DNA of 32,000 nucleotides from Candidatus Iainarchaeum sp. (GTDB lineage: Archaea; Iainarchaeota; Iainarchaeia; Iainarchaeales; DTGL01). Location: contig JAVYME010000007.1 in the NCBI GenBank assembly GCA_038736825.1, positions 1 through 32,000 on the forward strand, written 5' to 3'. Below, piece after piece: positions 1 to 7,303 of the stretch. The notes below the pieces were generated by a model, which did no database searches, was not told the DNA's origin, and worked only from the letters and a program-made list of their open reading frames with translations. Each line of letters begins with the position of its first letter. Position 1 is the stretch's first letter. A program made the position numbers and the translations under genes.

Positions 1-59
1 TTGTTTGCTTTGTTTTGGAATGAAAAGGCTTTCAGGGAACTGGTGGTAACAGGAGAAAA
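1..59 (+). repeat. 59-nt perfect direct repeat, copy 1 (identical to 4115-4173)
   Basis: Base-by-base comparison gives identity from window position 1 to 59. Divergence starts at position 60 (a versus g at 4174). The repeat may extend upstream of the window. Confidence 0.95.
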
Positions 60-2094
60 AGGCGAATTTTTTGAAGCAACATACACAATTCAAAAAACCC
101 CCACACTTTGCACTTTACAGCCAGGCGATGTTTCCTCAATGACAAGCAAGGCTTTTTCAGAGGAAGGGCCAAGGCTTTATTTTTGCATGAACAAACAGCA
201 ATGCAAAACAGAAGGCGGTTTTACCTTTTACTCTAAAACCTATAATGGAAAACCCTTGGATCCATGCCCTGCACTTGAAGAATTTTGCTGTTACAAGCCA
301 AGAAGCCAGACACTAAAAGACGAAGTAGCTGCCTGCATTGCAAACCCAGACTTTGACCTTTTCCTTAAAGATGAGACTCCAAGCCCAGAATTCATTGAAA
401 GCATTTTGCGGGCATGGCCTTCAAAGCCGAGCCCTGCACTTGAAGAGCAAGGCATTGGAAGTGCATTTGTAAAATATAGTGCGAGTGCTTGGAATGCCAA
501 GCTAGGCGATGGCTCCACGTTTTATAAAAAGGAAAAATTTGATCCATTAGTATTACTGGCTTTTTTCAGTTATGAATCACAAATGGGCACTGACCCAAAA
601 TTCAATCCTGCAAGAAAATCGGTTGGAAACATCAAAAAAGCACTTGATTCAACTGAAGCCCTAAAACAATCAGTTTTCTGCAATAATGTCAAGCCTGAAT
701 TCGGAGAATTTTGCGGTTACCTGAAATGGGAGGATTCCATAAAACACTGGGCTTATTTGATGGAAGCAAACTACATTCAAGGACAGGGATTGAAGTCTTT
801 GAGGCAAATCCTTTACAAGTATGCTCCGCCAACAGAAAACGACACAGAGAAATACATTGATTCAGTGAAAAGGCGTGCTTGCGAGTGGCGTGCTCTCTGG
901 AAAGAGCAAAAGGAAAAAGAACAGCCGAAGGTAATGGCATTAATTGATGTTTCAGGTTTTCTTCAAAGGAACTCCAAGCAGATTTTGTCAGCGCTTGACA
1001 CAATCCTTTTCTGGAACGCTGACACAGACAAAGACGGCGTAATAGACTTAAAGGACAAGTGCCCGCACGAAAAGGAAACCTACAACCGGTACAAGGACAC
1101 AGACGGTTGCCCAGATGAAAGCGAAAAAAGAGAGCTTGAAAGGCAGGGCAAGCTCAAGCCAAGCGAGCGCTCCAAAAAAATTTACACTTCCCCTTCAAGC
1201 ATAAGCGGAAAAAAAGCAATCCTTTTTGTCCCAATAGATTTTGACTATTCTTCAGATGAAAAATTCAAGAAAAGCGCAAAACAATCCTTTGACAAGTTTT
1301 TAGAGGAAGCCGGGCTTTCAAGCAAAAAAACAGTGCTTGTTGCAGACAGCGTTTTAGAATATGAAAAAATAGAGGAATGCAAAAAACTCAGGACTTCAAG
1401 GTACAGGTACACCTTGTTCAACGAGCGCTCTATAGACAAGCTTGGCACTTTTTGGAGAAGCCTTGACGCCTGCGGAGCAAACTTTTTAAGAGCAAAATAC
1501 GGAATGCTGCCAAAAACCACAACCTATTCCTCTGACTACCGGGTTGTAGGGCTAATCAACACAGAACACGCAGTGTTTTACGATTTAGGGCAAGCCAAAG
1601 GCTTTGCAATGTTTGAAAAATCAAAGCCAAGGAATTCCATTATTGCAGTCAATTCAAGCCAGGCAGTAGGACACGAGCTAGGGCACACTTTTGGCTTGGC
1701 AGAACAATACAGCAAAAAAGCCTTTTTGGAAAGCTACAAAAAATACCCCTACATAAAAAACTTTTACCCTGGGCCATTACAAAAATACTTCAATCTGGAT
1801 GCAGAAAAAGCAAGCTCGCTTTACCAAAAAGGCTACACTCGCGGAACAGAAGACTTTCCAGAATGCCCTTACTCCAAGGACGAGCTTTACACTAAATGCC
1901 CTGACTGGCCTGAATGGTTAAGCTTTGGAGCAGTTGACTGTTATGGAAGAAAAATGCCGAAAACCGGCACACTCAAAAAAAGAAGCTTTATGGGGCCTTC
2001 AAGCATTATTGATGTGGGGGTTGCAGGAATAGAAACAACAGATCACGGATTTGACTGTTTTGAACAGCCAGCAATCCAAAAACAATGGGGTTAA
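1..2094 (+). CDS. Secreted modular HExxH zinc-metallopeptidase-like protein, paralog A1 (5' end lies outside the window)
   Basis: The frame is open from base 1 to TAA at 2092-2094. Bases 1-59 are identical to 4115-4173 inside paralog A2 (LFALFWNEKAFRELVVTGEK). It carries a TSP3-like Ca-binding motif (DTDKDGVIDLKDKCPHEKETYNRYKDTDGCPDE) and a zincin motif HELGHTFGLAEQY (HExxHxxGxxE, reminiscent of the M64-type HExxH...DEY). The Cys-rich C-terminus ends in FDCFEQPAIQKQWG, as in A2. Confidence 0.8.
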   Translation: MFALFWNEKAFRELVVTGEKGEFFEATYTIQKTPTLCTLQPGDVSSMTSKAFSEEGPRLYFCMNKQQCKTEGGFTFYSKTYNGKPLDPCPALEEFCCYKPRSQTLKDEVAACIANPDFDLFLKDETPSPEFIESILRAWPSKPSPALEEQGIGSAFVKYSASAWNAKLGDGSTFYKKEKFDPLVLLAFFSYESQMGTDPKFNPARKSVGNIKKALDSTEALKQSVFCNNVKPEFGEFCGYLKWEDSIKHWAYLMEANYIQGQGLKSLRQILYKYAPPTENDTEKYIDSVKRRACEWRALWKEQKEKEQPKVMALIDVSGFLQRNSKQILSALDTILFWNADTDKDGVIDLKDKCPHEKETYNRYKDTDGCPDESEKRELERQGKLKPSERSKKIYTSPSSISGKKAILFVPIDFDYSSDEKFKKSAKQSFDKFLEEAGLSSKKTVLVADSVLEYEKIEECKKLRTSRYRYTLFNERSIDKLGTFWRSLDACGANFLRAKYGMLPKTTTYSSDYRVVGLINTEHAVFYDLGQAKGFAMFEKSKPRNSIIAVNSSQAVGHELGHTFGLAEQYSKKAFLESYKKYPYIKNFYPGPLQKYFNLDAEKASSLYQKGYTRGTEDFPECPYSKDELYTKCPDWPEWLSFGAVDCYGRKMPKTGTLKKRSFMGPSSIIDVGVAGIETTDHGFDCFEQPAIQKQWG

Positions 2095-2098
2095 AAAA

Positions 2099-2830
2099 AT
2101 GAAAAAGGCATTGCTTTTTGCAATTTTCCTGCTTTTCTTTGCACAGGTTTTTTCCCTTGAGAATGCTGCTTCAAGTGATTCAGAGGAGGAAACCCTTGTT
2201 TTTGAGGCAAGAATTGCCATAGAGGAAAACGCAGTCGTGGTTGACAGCGTGCAAGTGGTTTATGGCACTCCAATGGAAATCGATTCTGATGCAAACTATG
2301 TTGCCAAAATTCTTGACGAACAACTTTCAGTTTTATACCAGGCAGGATTTGATTTTGAAGAATTCACAGTCACTTTGCCTCCAGAGGCTTCAGAAGAAGA
2401 AATAGAAAAACATTATGCTGGGCCTCCTTCAGCGGTTGAAAAAGTATTGTTTTTGCCTTATTTTGAGGAAGCGGCTGTGCTTGCAATAGGTTCCAGGAAA
2501 GGCGAACTGATTGCCTTGATTGATTTGCAGGAAAGGGTTTGCAATAAGGATGGCAAGTGCGGTGAAAACGAAAACTTTTTATCCTGTCCTGCGGATTGCC
2601 CGCTGGAAAAAAAAGACAATTATTGTTTGCCGGAAAAAGACAATGTTTGCGATTCCGATTGTGTTGAAGGCTTGGATTCTGATTGTGAAAAGGGCGGCAA
2701 AGAAGGCGTGAAAGCGGAAACGTTTTCCATTGAACAAACCTATTTTATTGCAGTGGTGGTTTTAGCCTTTGTTTTGATTTTTGCATACAATGTTTTAAGG
2801 AAAAAAAGAAAGCAAAAAGGCAAAGCTTGA
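2099..2830 (+). CDS. Small membrane-anchored secreted protein with 8-Cys module, paralog B1 (partner of A1)
   Basis: ATG at 2099 lies 4 nt after the A1 stop. The signal peptide is MKKALLFAIFLLFFAQVFS. The Cys module reads CGENENFLSCPADCPLEKKDNYCLPEKDNVCDSDCVEGLDSDC. A C-terminal TM helix (YFIAVVVLAFVLIFAY) is followed by a basic tail. It is a paralog of 5789-6493. The ORF-track start at 2051 overlaps A1 and precedes the signal peptide, so 2099 is preferred. Confidence 0.8.
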   Translation: MKKALLFAIFLLFFAQVFSLENAASSDSEEETLVFEARIAIEENAVVVDSVQVVYGTPMEIDSDANYVAKILDEQLSVLYQAGFDFEEFTVTLPPEASEEEIEKHYAGPPSAVEKVLFLPYFEEAAVLAIGSRKGELIALIDLQERVCNKDGKCGENENFLSCPADCPLEKKDNYCLPEKDNVCDSDCVEGLDSDCEKGGKEGVKAETFSIEQTYFIAVVVLAFVLIFAYNVLRKKRKQKGKA

Positions 2831-2836
2831 GGTTGA

Positions 2837-5785
2837 ATGCAATGCTTGGTTTTTTTTTGCGCAAAGGCTTTTTTTTGTTTTTTTTCTTTTGCTTTTTTTC
2901 CTGTAATCGCTCAATCTACTGTTGATTCTGGGGTTGTTGTTGCGCAAAGGTTTGGTTTGGACAGGGTTTTGCTGGAATGGGATGTGAATGCGATAACTCC
3001 CACTATGTGTGATCCTTTGTTTGTTGTGGGAGAGAGTGGTTTTTTTTGTGATGCAACCCAGTTTTCTATAATGCTTTCCAAGCGTCTTGTGTTGGAGCCT
3101 GACTTGAATGAGTTTGAGGTTTTGCTGTTGGCGGATAATTATGGGGGTTCTTTTAGGGAGGCTTTTTCTGGTTTTTATTCTGGGCGTCTTTTTTTGGGTG
3201 GCAGGGTTGATGTTTCCAAGTGGTTTTTTTTGAATAGTCCTGGGCGGGCTGGCTTGTACAGGGTTTTTTTGGATTCTAATGAGGGTGGTTTTTTTGTTAG
3301 GTTTGTTTTGGTGGAGGACTTGAATGGCTTGGATTCCAGGTTGGGCACTCGTTTTTCTGAGAATCCGTTTTTTGGTTTGGCTTTTGATGCTTTTCCTTTT
3401 GATGGTGAAAGGGATTTTGGTTTGACTGGAAAGGGTGAGGTTTTTTATTTGAATGATGTTTCACGGCTTCCTGTTGCGGTGAATGATTCTTCTGGGCTTG
3501 AGGTTGAGTCTGGAAAGACTTTTGCGGATACTGCTTCTGGTTTGGTTTTGGGTTTTGATTTGAAGTCAAGGGTTTTGAGGTTTAATCGTTCTGTTCCGTC
3601 TGTTGTTTCTTTGCATTTGCGTGAGAGTGGTTCTTTTACTGGTTTTTATTCTTTGGCTGATTTGTCTGGCAGGGTTTTTTCTCGCGATTTTTTTGGGGAT
3701 AGGGTTTTTTTGTTGGATTGGAGTGGTTCTGATGGGGTTTTTAGGGATGTTTTTTTGGATAGGGTTGCTTCTGGTTTGAGGTGTGATGGTTGGAGTGAGA
3801 GTTTGCCTTCTGGCAAGCTGGTTGTTTCTCCCGGGGTTTCTGATTCTTTGTCTTTTCATTCTGTTGTTTTTTTGCCTGAAGGGGTTGTTTTGAGGTGGTT
3901 GTGTGTTTCTGGTGATGCGTTTGTGGAGTTGCGTTCTTTTGCTGGTGGTGTTAGTGGTTTTTATTCTGGTGTGAGGAATGGTTTTGTTTCTTCTGGGCGT
4001 TTGTTGTCTGTTTCTTTGCCGGCTGGTTCTTTTGAGGGGGTTTTTTCTTTGAGGGCTGTTTTGGGGGAGGTTGTTGCTGGAAGAGTGAGGGTTTTGTCTG
4101 AACCGGAAAAGGGTTTGTTTGCTTTGTTTTGGAATGAAAAGGCTTTCAGGGAACTGGTGGTAACAGGAGAAAAGCCGGAAGATGAACCGGTTGCAGAGGA
4201 AATAAGCAGTTATGCTGCACTTCCAGCAGGTGGAGCGAATGCACCCTATGTTTTCAAGGTTTACTTGCAACCATTGTCTCCAACCGGCAGGGAGGACATT
4301 TATTGTTTTGCTTCAGGAATAGATCCAAACAATTCACCCTTAAATTTTATTTTCACTTGGAGGCTTAACGGAATTGAAGTTCAAAAATACCAAATTAATG
4401 GCGCTTTGAGTGGCGCTGAACGCACTCAATCAAGCATGCTTTCCAAGCAAAAACTGGCTGAAAGAAGAGCGAGCACTGGAACAGTGATTGAATGCGAGGT
4501 TATAGTCAACAATGGCAGAACCCAAAGCCATCCGGTTACAGCCAAAGCAACCATTGGACAGGAAAACCCAGTCGGGCAAAGCTCTGGCGCTCTCCCTGAT
4601 TCTGATGGTGATGGAATTCCAGATGCAAGCGATAGATGCCCTTATGAAAAAGGCACTTTAGCCAACCAAGGCTGCCCTTCAAGCACTCCATCACTGCCAG
4701 CTTCTCCGTTGACGCCATCACAGTTGACACCATCACAAAACACTGTTTCCTTTTATTTCCTTCCAATTGACTGGGAAGGCTCTCAGCAATCCTTTGAAAC
4801 CGAAGTGAACGGGCAACTCGCTTTTTTGCTGGAAAAATCCGGCATTAAAAGCGATCCAGCCTGTTCAGGGTTTTCCTTTCAAAAAACAATCCTTCCAATG
4901 ACTCTAGCAGAACAATGCGGTTTGAGCTTGAAAACCACAATCAATTACAATGACTTTTTGTCAAAAGTTTATAGTTGCCTTCAAAGACAGGGAATTCCCT
5001 TAAACAATAAAAAAACCATTTTTGCAGGTTTAAGCAATTCAACCTCCAGCAGCTTAGTTGTTTGCTCTTACACGGCTTCAGGCTCTCAGTGCTTTAACTG
5101 GTTTGGTTTTCACGATCGCCTTGGAGGTTCAGGGTTTGGCACAAGCGTTTTGATTGCACTGGCTTCAACAGTTGGAAGCCCAAAACTTGGCTTTGACCTG
5201 TTCTCTCACGAAGTAGGGCACAGCCTGGGCTTTTGCGAGCAATACTCTTATTCTAAAAATGTGGCTCAACAGAGTGCCAGGCAGTTCAGCAGTTTTGGTG
5301 GTTGCACAAACAAGTATCCCGGGAGTGGGGAAACACTGTATGCCTTGCTTTTTTCCCAGTCCTATGAAAAATGCCCTGGTGAAACAATTCCAACCAATTG
5401 CCCTGAATTTGTGCAAATAAGCTATGTGAGTGCATACGATTTGGGTTTAACCACCACTCCAACCGAGGACAGCACTAAAGCCAAGGTTTTGTCATCAGAG
5501 TTAAGGGAAAAAATAAGATTGCATTGCTCTAAATTTGCTTCCCCAGACAAATGCATTTCAGATTATGTTTCAAGGCAGAACTGGTCTCTGCCTGATGTGG
5601 ACTGCCTTGGCAGAAGGTTTTTTGTCGCCGGAAAGGAAAACAGGGACATTATGGGGGTAGTGTCCAAAATCCAACAGGAAATGGCAATGGTTTTTACAAG
5701 AGCAGGCTATTCTTCAAACCCAGAGCGTTCCTTTGACTGTTTTGAAAAAGAACAATTCAAAAAACAGTGGTGTTTGGGGGGCTGA
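2837..5785 (+). CDS. Secreted modular HExxH zinc-metallopeptidase-like protein, paralog A2 (982 aa)
   Basis: ATG at 2837 is preceded by GAGGT, and the N-terminus is hydrophobic and signal-like. The first ~430 codons are extremely G+T-rich. An Ig-like module follows (IYCFASGIDPNN..FTWRLNGIEV..IECEVIVNNG), then a TSP3-like motif (DSDGDGIPDASDRCPYE), a P/S/T linker, the zincin motif HEVGHSLGFCEQY and the C-terminus FDCFEKEQFKKQW. Other + frames in the skewed part are closed by TGA. Confidence 0.8.
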   Translation: MQCLVFFCAKAFFCFFSFAFFPVIAQSTVDSGVVVAQRFGLDRVLLEWDVNAITPTMCDPLFVVGESGFFCDATQFSIMLSKRLVLEPDLNEFEVLLLADNYGGSFREAFSGFYSGRLFLGGRVDVSKWFFLNSPGRAGLYRVFLDSNEGGFFVRFVLVEDLNGLDSRLGTRFSENPFFGLAFDAFPFDGERDFGLTGKGEVFYLNDVSRLPVAVNDSSGLEVESGKTFADTASGLVLGFDLKSRVLRFNRSVPSVVSLHLRESGSFTGFYSLADLSGRVFSRDFFGDRVFLLDWSGSDGVFRDVFLDRVASGLRCDGWSESLPSGKLVVSPGVSDSLSFHSVVFLPEGVVLRWLCVSGDAFVELRSFAGGVSGFYSGVRNGFVSSGRLLSVSLPAGSFEGVFSLRAVLGEVVAGRVRVLSEPEKGLFALFWNEKAFRELVVTGEKPEDEPVAEEISSYAALPAGGANAPYVFKVYLQPLSPTGREDIYCFASGIDPNNSPLNFIFTWRLNGIEVQKYQINGALSGAERTQSSMLSKQKLAERRASTGTVIECEVIVNNGRTQSHPVTAKATIGQENPVGQSSGALPDSDGDGIPDASDRCPYEKGTLANQGCPSSTPSLPASPLTPSQLTPSQNTVSFYFLPIDWEGSQQSFETEVNGQLAFLLEKSGIKSDPACSGFSFQKTILPMTLAEQCGLSLKTTINYNDFLSKVYSCLQRQGIPLNNKKTIFAGLSNSTSSSLVVCSYTASGSQCFNWFGFHDRLGGSGFGTSVLIALASTVGSPKLGFDLFSHEVGHSLGFCEQYSYSKNVAQQSARQFSSFGGCTNKYPGSGETLYALLFSQSYEKCPGETIPTNCPEFVQISYVSAYDLGLTTTPTEDSTKAKVLSSELREKIRLHCSKFASPDKCISDYVSRQNWSLPDVDCLGRRFFVAGKENRDIMGVVSKIQQEMAMVFTRAGYSSNPERSFDCFEKEQFKKQWCLGG
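4115..4173 (+). repeat. 59-nt perfect direct repeat, copy 2 (identical to 1-59)
   Basis: See copy 1. This copy sits on the transition from G+T-skewed to ordinary composition inside A2. Confidence 0.95.
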
Positions 5786-5788
5786 AAA

Positions 5789-6493
5789 ATGCGCAAAACG
5801 TTTTTGGTTTTTGCTTTTTTTCTTTTTTCAGTCCAAGTTTTTGCAGTAAATCCGGAAAAATGCCTTTTTTTCAGGGTTTTTTGGGAGAAAGGCGATTACC
5901 AGATAGACAGCTTGCGAATTGTAATGGATTTTCCGCTGGAAGTAGACCCTGAAGGCGATTACTTGGTAAAATTGCTTGATTCAAAGGGCACTGCATTATA
6001 CCAGCACAAAACAAAAAAGGCCAGCACTGTTTTAGAGCAATCCATCGAACCATTGAACGGTGAAACCACTGACCAAAACATTGTAATAGATTTTGACACA
6101 ATTGCTGGAACCCAGAGAGGGCAAATGTTTTTCCTCTTGCCTTATACTGAAAACGCGAAAAAAATTTCCTTTGAGCATGGCACTGCGGTTTTGGCTGAAG
6201 CGGATTTAAGCGTTTTATGCCAAGCAAATGGAAAGTGTGAAAGCCAGGAAAACTTTTTGTCTTGCCCGCAAGACTGTCCCTTGAGCGAAAAGGACAATTA
6301 TTGTTATGCTTTCACAGACGGAACCTGTGATCCGGACTGCATTGAAGGCTTTGATTCTGATTGCACTAAAAGCAATGGAGTGAAAAAAGAACAGTTTTCC
6401 CTTGAACAAGTTTATTTTATTGGAGTGGTGGTTTTAGCCTTTGCTTTAATGGTTTCATACAATGTTTTAAGGAAAAGAACCGGAAAAAAATAA
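5789..6493 (+). CDS. Small membrane-anchored secreted protein with 8-Cys module, paralog B2 (partner of A2)
   Basis: ATG lies 3 nt after the A2 stop. The signal peptide is MRKTFLVFAFFLFSVQVFA. The Cys module reads CESQENFLSCPQDCPLSEKDNYCYAFTDGTCDPDCIEGFDSDC. The TM helix is YFIGVVVLAFALMVSY followed by a basic tail. Nucleotide stretches agtggtggttttagcctttg and catacaatgttttaaggaaaa are identical to B1. Confidence 0.85.
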   Translation: MRKTFLVFAFFLFSVQVFAVNPEKCLFFRVFWEKGDYQIDSLRIVMDFPLEVDPEGDYLVKLLDSKGTALYQHKTKKASTVLEQSIEPLNGETTDQNIVIDFDTIAGTQRGQMFFLLPYTENAKKISFEHGTAVLAEADLSVLCQANGKCESQENFLSCPQDCPLSEKDNYCYAFTDGTCDPDCIEGFDSDCTKSNGVKKEQFSLEQVYFIGVVVLAFALMVSYNVLRKRTGKK

Positions 6494-7303
6494 CTAGAGT
6501 GAAATTTCTTCCAGTGCTTTCAATACGTGCTCTTCCCTTACAAGCCTGCTTGCATCTTGCTCTGCCTTCAAGCCAGCTAGTTTTAAGAGGTTGACTGCAA
6601 GGCGAGCGTCGCCTTTAAGGGAAGCCTTTTCTGCAATCAATTCAAGCGCTCTTTTTTCCCAAGTGTCCTCATAAAAAGCGTATTTTTTTCTTTCCCTTAC
6701 AATGCCCTGGATTTCAAGGCGAGAATAAGGCCTGAAAAGGATTTCTTTCGGCAAAAGCCTGGATTTTATGCGTTCATCGAGTTCTGCAAGGAAACCGCTG
6801 TTGTTTGAGATAAGGATTGCTGATTTGGTTTTGAATCTTTCCAGGAACGCGTACAGAAAGCCTTGCTCTTTTGCCCGGTCTATTTCGTCAAAGCAAGCGG
6901 CAACCGGCGTGCTGCCGGTTCTTTCAATTATTTTTTCCAGCAAGAGTGATTCTTCCGCGCTTGCTGGCGCCAAAATCTTTAATTGCGAGCACATTTCCCG
7001 GAATATTTCTTTTCCAGTGGGGTGAGTCCAGCAGTTCACGTAAAAAACAAAGGCATTGCTTTCCTCTGCGAATTCTTCCAGCACTTTTTTGACTGCATGG
7101 GTTTTTCCTATTCCGGCTTTTCCTGTTATTAACAGGTTGCGCCCGCTTTTTCCTTCAAGCAAGGGCGAAATTGAGGCTGCAATTTCCCTGGTTTCGTTTT
7201 CCCTGAACGGCATTATTGGCGGAATGAAGTCTGGTTCAAGCGATTCAGGGTTCGAGAAAAGGGATTCTTCTTCTCCAAGCGGGGAAAGCTTTTCAGGGTT
7301 CAT
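6494..7303 (-). CDS. cdc6: Orc1/Cdc6-type AAA+ ATPase, short form without C-terminal winged-helix domain
   Basis: Walker A is present (LLITGKAGIGKTHAV), Walker B is CFDEIDRA, and the lid region reads ILFRPYSRLEIQGIVRER...GDARLAVNLL. The layout PFRENETREI...LLEGKSGRNLLITG is typical of Orc1/Cdc6. The start is preferred at the ATG 7303-7301, which forms an ATGA overlap with the stop of the upstream MBL gene. The ORF-track start is 7339. Confidence 0.75.
   Translation of the reverse strand: MNPEKLSPLGEEESLFSNPESLEPDFIPPIMPFRENETREIAASISPLLEGKSGRNLLITGKAGIGKTHAVKKVLEEFAEESNAFVFYVNCWTHPTGKEIFREMCSQLKILAPASAEESLLLEKIIERTGSTPVAACFDEIDRAKEQGFLYAFLERFKTKSAILISNNSGFLAELDERIKSRLLPKEILFRPYSRLEIQGIVRERKKYAFYEDTWEKRALELIAEKASLKGDARLAVNLLKLAGLKAEQDASRLVREEHVLKALEEISL

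Noticed and set aside
3297-4270. Two long - strand ORFs (3297-3569 and 3566-4270) encoding N/P/Q/K/R/T-rich proteins
   Set aside because: They stay open only because the + strand here is almost free of A and C, so TTA/CTA/TCA are rare. Their products are pure low complexity. The + frame continues into a recognisable peptidase domain and starts with a signal peptide.
6510-7035. ORB-like origin boxes (TTCCAGTGC at ~6517 and TTCCAGTGGGG at ~7012) near the Orc1/Cdc6 gene
   Set aside because: Both lie inside the cdc6 coding sequence and are partial matches. They are not arranged as inverted repeats around an AT-rich unwinding element.
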